Shown in pieces: positions 40,949 through 50,767 of a stretch of 64,000 nucleotides of DNA. How positions within the stretch are numbered: position 1 is the stretch's first letter; the number at the start of each line of letters is the position of its first letter. Below the pieces are notes generated by a model that was not told where the DNA came from, ran no database searches, and worked only from the letters and a program-made list of their open reading frames with translations. Both the position numbers and the translations under genes were made by a program. Source of the DNA: an uncultured Gemmataceae bacterium (GTDB lineage Bacteria; Planctomycetota; Planctomycetia; Gemmatales; Gemmataceae); NCBI GenBank assembly GCA_963750165.1, contig CAVVPN010000012.1:960001-1024000 (forward strand), given 5' to 3'.

Positions 40949-42421
40949 ATGACGTTTACCGAAAAGCCCTTCTGGATCCTGACCACGATCACGTTCGCGC
41001 TGTGGCTGCTGTGCCGCGGGAACTACCGCGCCCGGGTGGTGCTGTTACTGACAGCGAGCCTGGTGTTTTACGGCTATCATTACTGGCCGCTGCTGTTCCT
41101 GATCCTGGCGTACTGCGTCGTGGACTGGACGGCAGCCTGCTGGCTGGCGCGATCGCGGCGGCCGCGCTGGGGCCTGACGCTCGGCGTGGCGTTCAATCTG
41201 GTGGTGCTGGCCTACTGGAAATACACGCCGCTGCTGCTGCGGACCGCCGCGCAGGTCGCGCTGGCCCTGGACCTGCCGGCCGTGCCGAGCCCGCCCACCG
41301 ACTGGGTGATCCCGTTCGGCATCTCGTTCTACGCCTTCACCGGCATCGCCTACCTGGTGGACGTGTACCGCGGCACCACCACGGCCGAGACGAATTTCTG
41401 GCGATACACGCTGTCGGCGCTGTTCTTCCCGCACCTGGTGGCGGGACCGATCCTGCGGCCCAGTGAATTCCTGGAAAAACTGCGTCCCGGGGCGCTGCCC
41501 GACCGGCCGGAGGCGCCGCTGGAGGCGCTGCACCTGCTGGGGCTGGGCCTGTTCAAGAAACTGGTGATCGCCGACCGCATCGCCCTGGCCATCGATCCGT
41601 TCTTCGTCCACGTCGGTGACGGCAGCACCGCGGGCGTCTGGGCGCTGCCCTACGCTTACCTGTACGCGCTGCAAATCTACTTCGACTTCTCGGGCTACAC
41701 CGACATCGCCCGCGGTCTGGGCCTGCTGTTCGGCTTCCGCTGGCCGGACAACTTCAACCGGCCGTACCTGGCCGCGTCGATCAAGGAGTTCTGGCGGCGC
41801 TGGCACATGACGCTGTCGCTGTTCCTGAAGGACTACCTGTACGTGCCGCTGGGCGGCAACCGCTGCAGCCGCTGGCGGACGCACCTGAACCTGATGCTGA
41901 CCATGCTGCTCGGCGGCCTGTGGCACGGGGCCAGCTGGTCGTTCATGCTCTGGGGTGGGCTGCACGGCGGCTACCTGGTGCTCAACGGCCTCTGGGGCGA
42001 GACACGATTGGCGGCCCGGCTGCGGGCGCTGACGGGGCCGGCCGGCGTGGCCTGGCGGCTGACGTGCGTGGCGCTGACGTTTCACGCGGTCTGCCTGGCG
42101 TGGTGCTTCTTCCGTCTGAGCGACTTCGGCGCGAGCCTGATTTGCATCGGCAAATGGGTCGTCTTCGACGCGGACAAGCTGTTCGTCGGCGGGGCGGCGG
42201 ATTTATCACTGTGGCTGCTGCTGGCGGTGTACGGGTTGGCGGCGCTGGCGATGCACCAGTGCGGCCGCTGGGTGCCGGCGCTGGCGAGTCTGGAACTGCC
42301 GTTGCGGCGGGCGCCGCTGACCCGCGGCCTGCTGTGGGGAGCGGGTGCGGCGGTGCTGGCGCTGGCACTGCTGCTGGCGCCGGCCGGGGAAAAGCCGCCG
42401 TTCATTTACTTCCAGTTCTGA
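40949..42421 (+). CDS. MBOAT family O-acyltransferase (AlgI/DltB-like)
   Basis: PFGISFY, FFPHLVAGPI, QIYFDFSGYTDIA, FWRRWHMTLS, GLWHGA, PFIYFQF. Confidence 0.95.
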   Translation: MTFTEKPFWILTTITFALWLLCRGNYRARVVLLLTASLVFYGYHYWPLLFLILAYCVVDWTAACWLARSRRPRWGLTLGVAFNLVVLAYWKYTPLLLRTAAQVALALDLPAVPSPPTDWVIPFGISFYAFTGIAYLVDVYRGTTTAETNFWRYTLSALFFPHLVAGPILRPSEFLEKLRPGALPDRPEAPLEALHLLGLGLFKKLVIADRIALAIDPFFVHVGDGSTAGVWALPYAYLYALQIYFDFSGYTDIARGLGLLFGFRWPDNFNRPYLAASIKEFWRRWHMTLSLFLKDYLYVPLGGNRCSRWRTHLNLMLTMLLGGLWHGASWSFMLWGGLHGGYLVLNGLWGETRLAARLRALTGPAGVAWRLTCVALTFHAVCLAWCFFRLSDFGASLICIGKWVVFDADKLFVGGAADLSLWLLLAVYGLAALAMHQCGRWVPALASLELPLRRAPLTRGLLWGAGAAVLALALLLAPAGEKPPFIYFQF

Positions 42422-42716
42422 CGCGCAAGGCGATTCCGAAAAAACACAAAAGTTTTTGAATCAAGCTGGCGAACATCCCTTGCGCATGCCGATAGAAAAA
42501 AAGCTGTCGGCGATCCTGTCGCCGTTGACCCGTTTCCCGTGGACCTGTTCGCCATCCGGTTCGATCCCTTTGCCGCGCTCTCTTGATTGACCCACGAAGC
42601 CCCTTCGCGGCACTTTTCCGTCTGTCCGCATTATGTAAACAACCCGATCCCCCCCAAGGGACCGTGCCGCCACGGCGGTACGACTCGCAACACCAAACAA
42701 TGGAGGGCTTGGTGCC

Positions 42717-43937
42717 ATGAGCAACGTACGTCCGTCCCTGGAAGCGCTGGAGACGCGCGAACTGCTGGCCGCGCAAGTCACTGCCAGCCTCGCCCAAAAC
42801 GTCCTCACCGTTGAGGGCACTCCCGGCGCCGACCACATCGCCTTCTGGGAGAGCCAGAATCAGATTTCCGTCCTCGGCGAGCCCATCAACCTGACCGGCA
42901 GACAGGTGGCGTCGGTCGCCAGCAGCAGCGTGTCGAAAATCGTCGTCAACACACTGGGCGGCGACGACGTGGTGCAGCTCAATCAGGACAAGTACGGTTC
43001 GCAGCCCATCACGCAGCCGGTGGTCATCAACGGCGGCGACGGCAACGACTACCTGGCCGCCGGCTGGGGCCCCACCACCATCAACGCCGGCGGCGGCAAC
43101 GACACCATCCTGGCCGGCCCGGGCACCGACACGATTAATACCGGCACCGGCAACAACACGATTTACGAGAGCACCGGCAACGCCACCATCGTCAACGGCG
43201 GTGGCAAGGACACCGTGATCCCGCCCCCCTCTCAGTCCCCCGCACCCTCGGCGACGGCGCCGACGTTCAACACCCGCAACTGGGCGCCCGCCGGCATCCA
43301 GCCAGCCGACGTGATCCAGCAGCAGGCGCCGACCTGCGCGTTCCTGGCGGCGCTGCAGACGGTCGCGCAAACGGACCCGTCGTTCCTGAACTCCGGCATC
43401 ACCTACCTGGGTTGGTACGAGTATCAGGTGCGGCTGTTCCGCCCGAATGCGGACGGCGTCACCGGCACCTGGGTGAATCAGGTGGTGTACTACAACGGCA
43501 CTGTGACGGCGACGGACTGCCGATTGCCGTCCGACGGCGATTACTGGGCCATTCTGTACCAGCGTGCCTGGGAGCAGGAGCGGACGTTCGAGGGTAAGTC
43601 CGACGTGGCCTTTCCGAGCGATGCGTTCCTGGCACTGACGGGCCGTGCGGGCGGCTGGGACTGGGCGACGAACCTGCCGCTGTTCCAGGCGCTGGTCAGC
43701 AATCCGGGCGTCAAACTGGTGGTGGCGACCAACACGAACCCGTCGGCCATCAGCCCGATGCTGATCGCGAACCATGCGTACTCCGTGGTCGGCATCGACC
43801 CGTTCGGCAACGTGGTGGTGCGCAATCCGTGGGGCTACGACGGCGGCGCCGTGGCGTCGGGCAACCCCAACGACGGCCTGGTGACGCTGACCTGGGCGCA
43901 GTTCAGCCAGTCCATGCTGACCATCTGGTATGATTGA
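42717..43937 (+). CDS. Calpain-like (C2) cysteine peptidase with LEPR-XLL-type N-terminus and Ca-binding repeats
   Basis: LEALETRELL; GGDGND repeats; QQQAPTCAFLAAL, NHAYSV, RNPWG triad motifs. Confidence 0.85.
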   Translation: MSNVRPSLEALETRELLAAQVTASLAQNVLTVEGTPGADHIAFWESQNQISVLGEPINLTGRQVASVASSSVSKIVVNTLGGDDVVQLNQDKYGSQPITQPVVINGGDGNDYLAAGWGPTTINAGGGNDTILAGPGTDTINTGTGNNTIYESTGNATIVNGGGKDTVIPPPSQSPAPSATAPTFNTRNWAPAGIQPADVIQQQAPTCAFLAALQTVAQTDPSFLNSGITYLGWYEYQVRLFRPNADGVTGTWVNQVVYYNGTVTATDCRLPSDGDYWAILYQRAWEQERTFEGKSDVAFPSDAFLALTGRAGGWDWATNLPLFQALVSNPGVKLVVATNTNPSAISPMLIANHAYSVVGIDPFGNVVVRNPWGYDGGAVASGNPNDGLVTLTWAQFSQSMLTIWYD

Positions 43938-43942
43938 AGAAT

Positions 43943-43987
43943 AATTTCACCGCGGAGCACGCTCTCCGCGTGCTCCACGGTGAAATT
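43943..43987. repeat. Family E-related palindrome
   Basis: AATTTCACCGCGGAGCACGC...GCGTGCTCCACGGTGAAATT. Confidence 0.75.
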
Positions 43988-44006
43988 TTTCTTGCGAAGG
44001 TGACTC

Positions 44007-45137
44007 ATGAAACCCGGCCCGTTCTCCGATGTGCTGGTGGTCGATCTGACGCGAGTGCTGGCGGGTCCGTTCTGCACCATGATGCTCGCCGAGCTGGGCG
44101 CCCGCGTCATCAAGATCGAGAACCCCGCAGGCGGCGACGACTCGCGGCACTTCGCGCCATTTTTCCACGGCAAATCCGCCTACTTCCAGTCGCTGAATCG
44201 CGAAAAGGAGAGCATCGCTCTCGACCTGAAAACCGCGGCCGACCGCGAAGTGTTCCTGAACCTGGTCCGCCGCGCCGACGTGGTCGTGGAGAATTATCGG
44301 CCCGGCACACTGGACCGGCTCGGCCTCGGCTTCGCGCAGTTGCGTGAAGTCAACCCGCGGCTGATTTTCGCGTCGGTCTCGGGTTTCGGGCAGACAGGGC
44401 CGTGGAGCGGCAGGCCGGCGTACGACCTGATCGCGCAGGCGATGGGCGGCCTGATGAGCGTCACCGGGCCGCCGGAGGGGCCGGCGTACAAGGCGGGCAC
44501 GTCCGTCGGCGACATCACCGGCGGCCTGTTCGCGCTGGCTGGCATCGCCAGCGCCCTGTACCACCGCGAACGCACTGGCGCCAGCCTGCGCGTGGACGTG
44601 AGCATGCTCGACGGCCAGATCGCCATCCTGGAGAGCGCCGTCATGCGCTACGCCACCACGGGGCAGGCGCCGCCAGCGATGGGCAACCGCCATCCGTCCA
44701 TCACGCCGTTCGAGCCCTACGAGACGACCGACCGGCCGCTGGTGATCGCCTGCGGCAACGACCTGCTGTTCGCCCGGCTGTGCCAGGTGCTGGGCCATCC
44801 CGAGTGGGTCAACGATCCGCGCTTCGCCACCAACCGCGCTCGCTGCGCCCACGCCGCGGAGATGAAACACGTCCTGGAAGCGGTGTTGCGTACAGCGCCA
44901 GCGGCTGCGTGGCAGACGCGGCTGGAGGAAGCGGGGGTGCCGTGTACGCTGATCCACACCGTGGCAGACGCGGTGGAGCACCCGCAGGTGCAGGCGCGGC
45001 GGATGATCGTCGAGGCGGACGGCCTGCGCATGGCCGGCAATCCGATCAAGCTCGAAGCCTTCGCCGATCCACCGACCCGCCACCCGGCCCCGGACCTCAA
45101 CGCCGACGGCGATCGTATCCGCAAGGAGTTCGAGTAG
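44007..45137 (+). CDS. CaiB/BaiF family III CoA-transferase
   Basis: DLTRVLAGP, LNREKESIALDLK, DVVVENYRPG, GDITGG. Confidence 0.93.
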   Translation: MKPGPFSDVLVVDLTRVLAGPFCTMMLAELGARVIKIENPAGGDDSRHFAPFFHGKSAYFQSLNREKESIALDLKTAADREVFLNLVRRADVVVENYRPGTLDRLGLGFAQLREVNPRLIFASVSGFGQTGPWSGRPAYDLIAQAMGGLMSVTGPPEGPAYKAGTSVGDITGGLFALAGIASALYHRERTGASLRVDVSMLDGQIAILESAVMRYATTGQAPPAMGNRHPSITPFEPYETTDRPLVIACGNDLLFARLCQVLGHPEWVNDPRFATNRARCAHAAEMKHVLEAVLRTAPAAAWQTRLEEAGVPCTLIHTVADAVEHPQVQARRMIVEADGLRMAGNPIKLEAFADPPTRHPAPDLNADGDRIRKEFE

Positions 45138-45144
45138 AAGTGAT

Positions 45145-45212
45145 GGCGAGCGGCGCGGCGTCAGCCCGCCGGTAGCGCGAAGCACCGGCGGGCTGACGCC
45201 GCGCCGCTCGCC
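45145..45212. repeat. 29-bp perfect inverted repeat (REP-like)
   Basis: GGCGAGCGGCGCGGCGTCAGCCCGCCGGT and its reverse complement. Confidence 0.85.
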
Positions 45213-45242
45213 TGTCGCCAGTTTCCCCTTACAATCGACCCC

Positions 45243-46528
45243 ATGAACACCCTGCGCATCAGCAACGGCCGGGTCATCGACCCGTCGCAGAACCTCGACA
45301 CCGTGACGGACCTGTGGATCCGCGGCGAGCAGGTCGTCGGCCTCGGTCCGCAGCCGCACCTGCACGCCGCCCGCACCCTGGACGCGACGGGCAAGTTCGT
45401 CTGCCCCGGCCTGATCGACATGCACGTCCACCTGCGCGAGCCCGGCCGCGAGGAGGACGAGACCATCGCCACGGGCACCGCGGCGGCGCTGGCCGGCGGC
45501 GTCACATCCGTGGCGTGCATGCCCAATACCGAGCCGGCGCTGGACAGCCAGGCGGCCGCGGAGTTCGTCTACCTCCAGGCGGAGCGCGCCGGCAACGCCA
45601 ATGTCTTCCCGGTCGGAGCGATCACCAAGGGCCGCCAGGGCGCCGAGCTGGCGGAGATGGGCGGCCTGGTCGAGGGCGGCGCCGTCGCCTTCACCGACGA
45701 CGACGCCCCGGTGGTCAGCGCCGAGATCATGCGCCGCGCATTGGAATACTGCCGCATGTTCGACAAGGCGGTGCTCAGCCACGCGCTCGACGCGGAGCTG
45801 CGCGCGGCGGTGTCATGAACGAGGGCTTCGAGAGTATGCGGCTGGGGCTGCGCGGCTTGCCGGCAGCCGCCGAGGAAGTCGTCATCCACCGCGACATCGA
45901 GCTGGCGCGGTTGACGGGCGGCCGGTTGCACATTCTGCACGTCTCGACGGCCGGTGGCGTGGACCTGATCCGGCGGGCGCGCGCCCGTGGCGTGCGCGTC
46001 AGTGGCGAAGCGTGCCCGCACCACTTCACGCTGACGGACCGGGAATTGCGCAGCTTCAACAGCAATTTCAAAACGGCGCCGCCGCTGCGCACCGCCGCGG
46101 ACGTGGCGGCGTTGATCGAGGGGCTGAAGGACGGCACGCTGAGCGTGATCGCGTCGGGTCACGCACCGCTGGCGCCGGAGAAGAAGATGCGCGAGCTGGA
46201 CCAGGCGCCGTTCGGCATCATCGGCCTGGAGACGTTGCTGCCGATGTGCGTCGTGGCGCTGATCGAGCCGGGCCATTTGACGTGGCCGCAGTTAATCGAG
46301 AAACTGACGATCAACCCGGCGCGGGTGCTGGGCATCGACCGCGGCACCTTGCAGCCGGGCACCGACGCGGACGTGACGATCATCGACCCGACGGCGGAAT
46401 GGCTGATCGATGGCGAGCAGTTCAAGTCGAAAAGCCGGAACAGCCCGTTCCTGGGCCGGCGGGTGCGCGGCCGGGCGCACGCGGTCGTGGTCGGCGGCGA
46501 GGTCAAGTACGAGCGCCCGCTGGCGTGA
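45243..46528 (+). CDS. pyrC: Dihydroorotase-like protein, frameshift near 45800, altered catalytic motif
   Basis: [40 protein letters not shown]. Confidence 0.82.
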
Positions 46529-46574
46529 AGCGCATACAATGAAGACTGGGAGCAAGTAACCCTGAGATGTTCTT

Positions 46575-46660
46575 TAGCCCCAGAGGACACCGAGAGAATA
46601 AGCAAAGAGAGAGATTGGTTTTCTTTTCCTCTCTGTGTCCTCTGTGTTCTCGGTGGCGAA
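46575..46660. repeat. Degenerate family E inverted repeat
   Basis: CAGAGGACACCGAGAG...CTCTCTGTGTCCTCTGTGTTCTCGGTGGCGAA. Confidence 0.65.
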
Positions 46661-46678
46661 CTTAACGAGGAGGCAGCC

Positions 46679-46915
46679 ATGGCAAACGACGAACTGGTCA
46701 CGGTCTACACCGTATCGACCCCGGATCAGGCGGAGATCATCAAGAACGCGCTGGAGACGGAGGGCCTGCGCTGCTTCATCGAGGACGAGAACCAGGCCGC
46801 GCTGGGGGGCCTGGCGAGCATCGCGATCCGCATCCAGGTGCCCGCCAACGAGGCCGAGCTGGCCCGCAAGTACATCCTCAAGCACGAGCACCACGGCCAC
46901 AAACATCACGGCTGA
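46679..46915 (+). CDS. DUF2007-like small protein
   Basis: GAGGAGG RBS; AEIIKNALETEGLRCFI...IQVP. Confidence 0.8.
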   Translation: MANDELVTVYTVSTPDQAEIIKNALETEGLRCFIEDENQAALGGLASIAIRIQVPANEAELARKYILKHEHHGHKHHG

Positions 46916-46923
46916 GCAGCCGC

Positions 46924-46971
46924 GTTCTGCCGCTTGCGGCTTCGCGTGCTTTCTGCCGCAAGCGGCAGAAC
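46924..46971. repeat. 17-bp perfect inverted repeat
   Basis: GTTCTGCCGCTTGCGGC...GCCGCAAGCGGCAGAAC. Confidence 0.75.
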
Positions 46972-47006
46972 TTCAAGATCCCATCCCGTTCACGGAGACG
47001 CACACC

Positions 47007-48215
47007 ATGAACCGCCTTCTGACCGCTCTGTTGTTGGTCCTGGGTGCCGCGCCGGCCGCCCGCGCCCAGGCGACGCCCAACACCCTGACGCCGCAGGAAG
47101 TCAAGGACGGCGTGCTGCTGCTGTTCGACGGCAAGACAACCTTCGGCTGGAAGGTGGACGGCGAGGCCAGGGTGGAGAACGGCGTGCTGGTGCTCGGCGG
47201 CACCAAGGCAACCACGGCCCAGCCAACGACCGCGTTCACGAGCTTCGACCTGACGGTGGAACTGCGGAGCGAGGGCAAAAAGCAGGCGAAGTTTGTGCTG
47301 ACGCGCAGCCTCGGCGGCGGTGGCCAGGCGGAGCACGCGACCAATCTGGACGAGGCCGGGCCCAACGCCCAGACCGACTGGGATACCCTCTCGCTAGATG
47401 TGCGCCTGACCGATGACGGCAAGACGGACAACCAGAAGCTGGCGTACAAATCGACGAACGGCAACACCAGCGGCGGCAGTTCCAGCGGTGGCAACATCGC
47501 GCTCGGCGTGGCGACGTTGAAGTTCGTGGTTACGGCCGGCCAGACGCTGCGGCTGCGCAACGTCAAGCTGAAGCCGCTGGAACTGAAGTCGATTTTTAAC
47601 GGCAAGGATCTGACCGGCTGGAAGGAGTTCCCGGGCAAGAAATCGAAGTTCACCGTCAACGACAAGGGCGAGCTGAACATCAAGAACGGTCCCGGCGACC
47701 TGCAGACGGAGGAAAAATACGGCAACTTCGTGCTGCAACTGGAGTGCATCAGTCACGGTAAGGGCCTGAACAGCGGCGTCTTCTTCCGCTGCCGGCCGAA
47801 CGAGTACCAGAACGGCTACGAGGCGCAGATCCACAACGGCTTCGGCGCGGCGGCGAAGGATTACGTGGTCGAGAAGTATGACCCGGACACGCACAAGTTG
47901 CTCGGCAAGGACAAGGTGAAGTCGGCGGCGGTCGATTACGGCAGCGGGGCGATTTACCGCCGGGTGCCGGCGCGTTTCGCAGCGGCGAAGGACGGCGAAT
48001 GGTTCACGTTGACGGTGGTGGCGCAGGGCAACCACTTCGCCACGTGGGTGAACGGTGTGCAGATGGTGGACTGGGTGGATAACCGGCCGCCCAGCGACAA
48101 CGCCCGCAACGGCTACCGCGCGGCCGCCGGGCACATCAGTTTGCAGGGCCATGACCCGACGACGAATTTGAGCTTCCGCAACTTCCGCATCGCGGAGTTG
48201 CCGGGCGGGAATTAG
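47007..48215 (+). CDS. Exported two-domain DUF1080 (3-keto-disaccharide hydrolase-like) protein
   Basis: Signal peptide; LFDGKT, IFNGKDLTGW, NSGVFFR, GHISLQGHD, FRN. Confidence 0.9.
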   Translation: MNRLLTALLLVLGAAPAARAQATPNTLTPQEVKDGVLLLFDGKTTFGWKVDGEARVENGVLVLGGTKATTAQPTTAFTSFDLTVELRSEGKKQAKFVLTRSLGGGGQAEHATNLDEAGPNAQTDWDTLSLDVRLTDDGKTDNQKLAYKSTNGNTSGGSSSGGNIALGVATLKFVVTAGQTLRLRNVKLKPLELKSIFNGKDLTGWKEFPGKKSKFTVNDKGELNIKNGPGDLQTEEKYGNFVLQLECISHGKGLNSGVFFRCRPNEYQNGYEAQIHNGFGAAAKDYVVEKYDPDTHKLLGKDKVKSAAVDYGSGAIYRRVPARFAAAKDGEWFTLTVVAQGNHFATWVNGVQMVDWVDNRPPSDNARNGYRAAAGHISLQGHDPTTNLSFRNFRIAELPGGN

Positions 48216-48280
48216 AGATTGTCCTCCGGCAGACATGAGCCTCAATCAAGGTGAGGGTATGGCGCAACTGAGGTAACGAG

Positions 48281-48400
48281 ATGCCCCTTGTTTACCGCTC
48301 CATGATCGACGACGGCGGACGGCCACAGGTCGGTCGATCCGCCACGGCACTGGGAGTTCGCGTGCCACCCCAAAAGCCAGCAGACATTACACCTGACCTC
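48281..48400 (+). pseudogene. Possible truncated N-terminal remnant of a small toxin-like gene
   Basis: GAGG RBS; MPLVYRSM..DG.PQVG.SA..LGVRVPP; the frame then runs out of phase into the next gene. Confidence 0.35.
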
Positions 48401-48431
48401 GATCACCCGGCTGTCGAATGGAGGAATGCCA

Positions 48432-48815
48432 ATGCCACACGACATTCGCGTCATCAAGGCCAGCGAGTTCCTCCGGGCCGACATCCAGGGCCATGTCGAT
48501 CTGCCCACGAGCAAGCACATCCTGGAGCAGCTGGCGGCGGCCGTCGCCGGCCACTCCGACCGGGACATCCTGGTGGACATCCGCGGGACCGAGGGCCCAC
48601 AACTGAGCAGCGTCGAGCTGTACGAGTTGGTGCAAATGCTCCGCCAGCTGGGTCTGGGGGTGCTCAACAAGATCGCCATCTTGCGGCGGGAGCGCGAAGG
48701 GTTCGACCGCCCCCGCTTCTTCGAGATGCTGGCCACCGACCGCGGCCTGCAGGTCGCCGTCTTCGAGGAGTTCGAGCCGGCGTTCAACTGGATCAACGCC
48801 GGCTCGGCCATCTGA
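48432..48815 (+). CDS. STAS/SpoIIAA-like hypothetical protein
   Basis: GGAGG RBS; ILVDIR, KIAIL, VAVFEEFEPAFNW. Confidence 0.7.
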   Translation: MPHDIRVIKASEFLRADIQGHVDLPTSKHILEQLAAAVAGHSDRDILVDIRGTEGPQLSSVELYELVQMLRQLGLGVLNKIAILRREREGFDRPRFFEMLATDRGLQVAVFEEFEPAFNWINAGSAI

Positions 48816-48826
48816 CCGGGCCGCGC

Positions 48827-50485
48827 TCAGACGTGGGTCGGCCGCACGTGTTCGCTGTCCGCCGTGGGCAGCGTCACCGGCGGCGGCGCTTGCGGACGCG
48901 ACGCCCGCGAGACCAGGTACAAGGGCACTCCCGCAGCCAGGATCGCCAGCCCGACCAGCGACTCGTGCGGCGCATAGGTCACGCTGCCGTACAGCATGAA
49001 GCCGCAGAAGAAGCAGAACACCAGCGCCGGCAGCGGATACAACGGCGTCACGAACGGCCGCTCGATGTTGCGGTCCCGGAAGCGCAGCACAATCAGCGCC
49101 AGGCCGGTCAGCAGGAAGAACAGCCAGAACACCGCGGCGGTGCAGTTGACCAGAATGACGAAGCCACTCTTGCCCCGAAACCCCAGGCCGACCACCGTGA
49201 CCATGCCCACGCTGATCGCCGCCTGCGCCAGCAGCGACCGCACTGGCGTGCCCCAGCGCGGATCCCACTTGCTCAGCGCCGTGAACAGTTGATGGTCTGC
49301 CCCCATCTCCGAAAAGATGCGCGAGGTCGTGAAGATCATGCCGTTGATCGCCCCGAGCGCCGACAGCATCACCAGCAGACACATCGTCTGTTCGCTGATG
49401 TGGCCCGGCAATAGTTTCAGCACGTCCGCCGCCACCGCGGGCGAATCCGCCGCCCCTTCGTAGCCGAGGCCGATCAGGTAGGCGACGTTCACCAGCAGGT
49501 ACAGCAGCGTGACCGTGGCGGTGCCCAGCAGCAGCGCCAGCGGCAGGTTGCGACGGCGGTTCTGCACCTCCGCCGCGACGTACGCCGCCTCGTGCCAGCC
49601 CGCGTACGTCCACAGCACCAGGATCAACGCCAGCGCCAGCGCCCCCAGCGGCGCCAGCGTCGTCGCCTTGACGCGCACCGCCGCACCGCCTGCCTCCGGC
49701 ACGAGCAGCTTGACGGCCGTGCCCGGCGCGAGGTCCGCCAGCGCAGCGGGCGGTTGCTTCTCATTGTCGATGGTGATCTTCGCTGACTTCGCCAGGGGGA
49801 AGACCCATTCCCGATCCTCGTCGTCCCGCAGGCGCAACCGGCCGGAGGCGTCCACGGCCACGAACCGGCCCTCGACCACCGCCATCGGTTGGTTTTCGTA
49901 CACGGCACGGTACGCGCTGACCTCCCAGGTCCGCGCGAACCACAGGCCCGTCACGAGAATGGCCGCCAGCCCGAGCACCTTGAACGCCGTCAGGATATTC
50001 TGTGTAGACTTGCCGAACCGGACGCCGAGGATGTTGACGCAGGTGAGCACGACGATCACCAGCAGCGCCAGGCCGACGTGCGGGATTTTCGCCTCGCCCT
50101 CCAGCTGGGCAAGTTTGCCGGCATAGTCGGCGAAGATGTAGGCCATCGCGGCGATGCTGCCGCCGGTGCGGATGACCGCCAGCTGCGCCCAGGCGAACAG
50201 GAAGCCGGCCCACGGCCCATAGGCGCGCGTCAGGTAAACATACTCGCCACCGGAGCGCGGGTAGGTGCTGGCCAGTTCGGCGAAGCAGAATGCGCCGAGC
50301 AGCGAGATGAAACCGCCGAGCACCCAGATGGCCAGCGCCGCCCAGGGGCCGCTGGCGTAGCCGAAGACCACCGACGGCGTTTCGTAAATGCCGACGCCGA
50401 TGATGATGCCGACGATGATGCTCGTCGTGTCGAGCAAACCCAGGCGCGCCGACAGTAGCGGGCCAGTCTTCGGCGTGGAATCCAT
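48827..50485 (-). CDS. APC family amino acid permease with a soluble insertion
   Basis: IIGVGIY, FAELAS.YPRSGGEY, WTYAGW, AAEV, RPF.TP. Confidence 0.9.
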   Translation of the reverse strand: MDSTPKTGPLLSARLGLLDTTSIIVGIIIGVGIYETPSVVFGYASGPWAALAIWVLGGFISLLGAFCFAELASTYPRSGGEYVYLTRAYGPWAGFLFAWAQLAVIRTGGSIAAMAYIFADYAGKLAQLEGEAKIPHVGLALLVIVVLTCVNILGVRFGKSTQNILTAFKVLGLAAILVTGLWFARTWEVSAYRAVYENQPMAVVEGRFVAVDASGRLRLRDDEDREWVFPLAKSAKITIDNEKQPPAALADLAPGTAVKLLVPEAGGAAVRVKATTLAPLGALALALILVLWTYAGWHEAAYVAAEVQNRRRNLPLALLLGTATVTLLYLLVNVAYLIGLGYEGAADSPAVAADVLKLLPGHISEQTMCLLVMLSALGAINGMIFTTSRIFSEMGADHQLFTALSKWDPRWGTPVRSLLAQAAISVGMVTVVGLGFRGKSGFVILVNCTAAVFWLFFLLTGLALIVLRFRDRNIERPFVTPLYPLPALVFCFFCGFMLYGSVTYAPHESLVGLAILAAGVPLYLVSRASRPQAPPPVTLPTADSEHVRPTHV

Positions 50486-50767
50486 GTGGGAGGGCACTCC
50501 TGCTGGAGATCCGGGCCACGAGGACGGGGTGCGTTCGCCGGGGTGATGGTTGGGCCTCAACGGGATCGGGTTCGCCGCAGTCAAATGGCCAGGCGCAACC
50601 GGGACGGGGACCGCGTTCGTCTCTTATCCTAGCTGGCTTGCCGATTCCCGCCAGAGCAAATTGACCGCCCCTTGGCCGCGGTGCTCTTTCCGCTTGACAG
50701 TCGTTGTCGCAAGCCCCACGATAAATCCGCAACCATCCGACAGAAAGCAGCCTACCGAGACCTTGCC

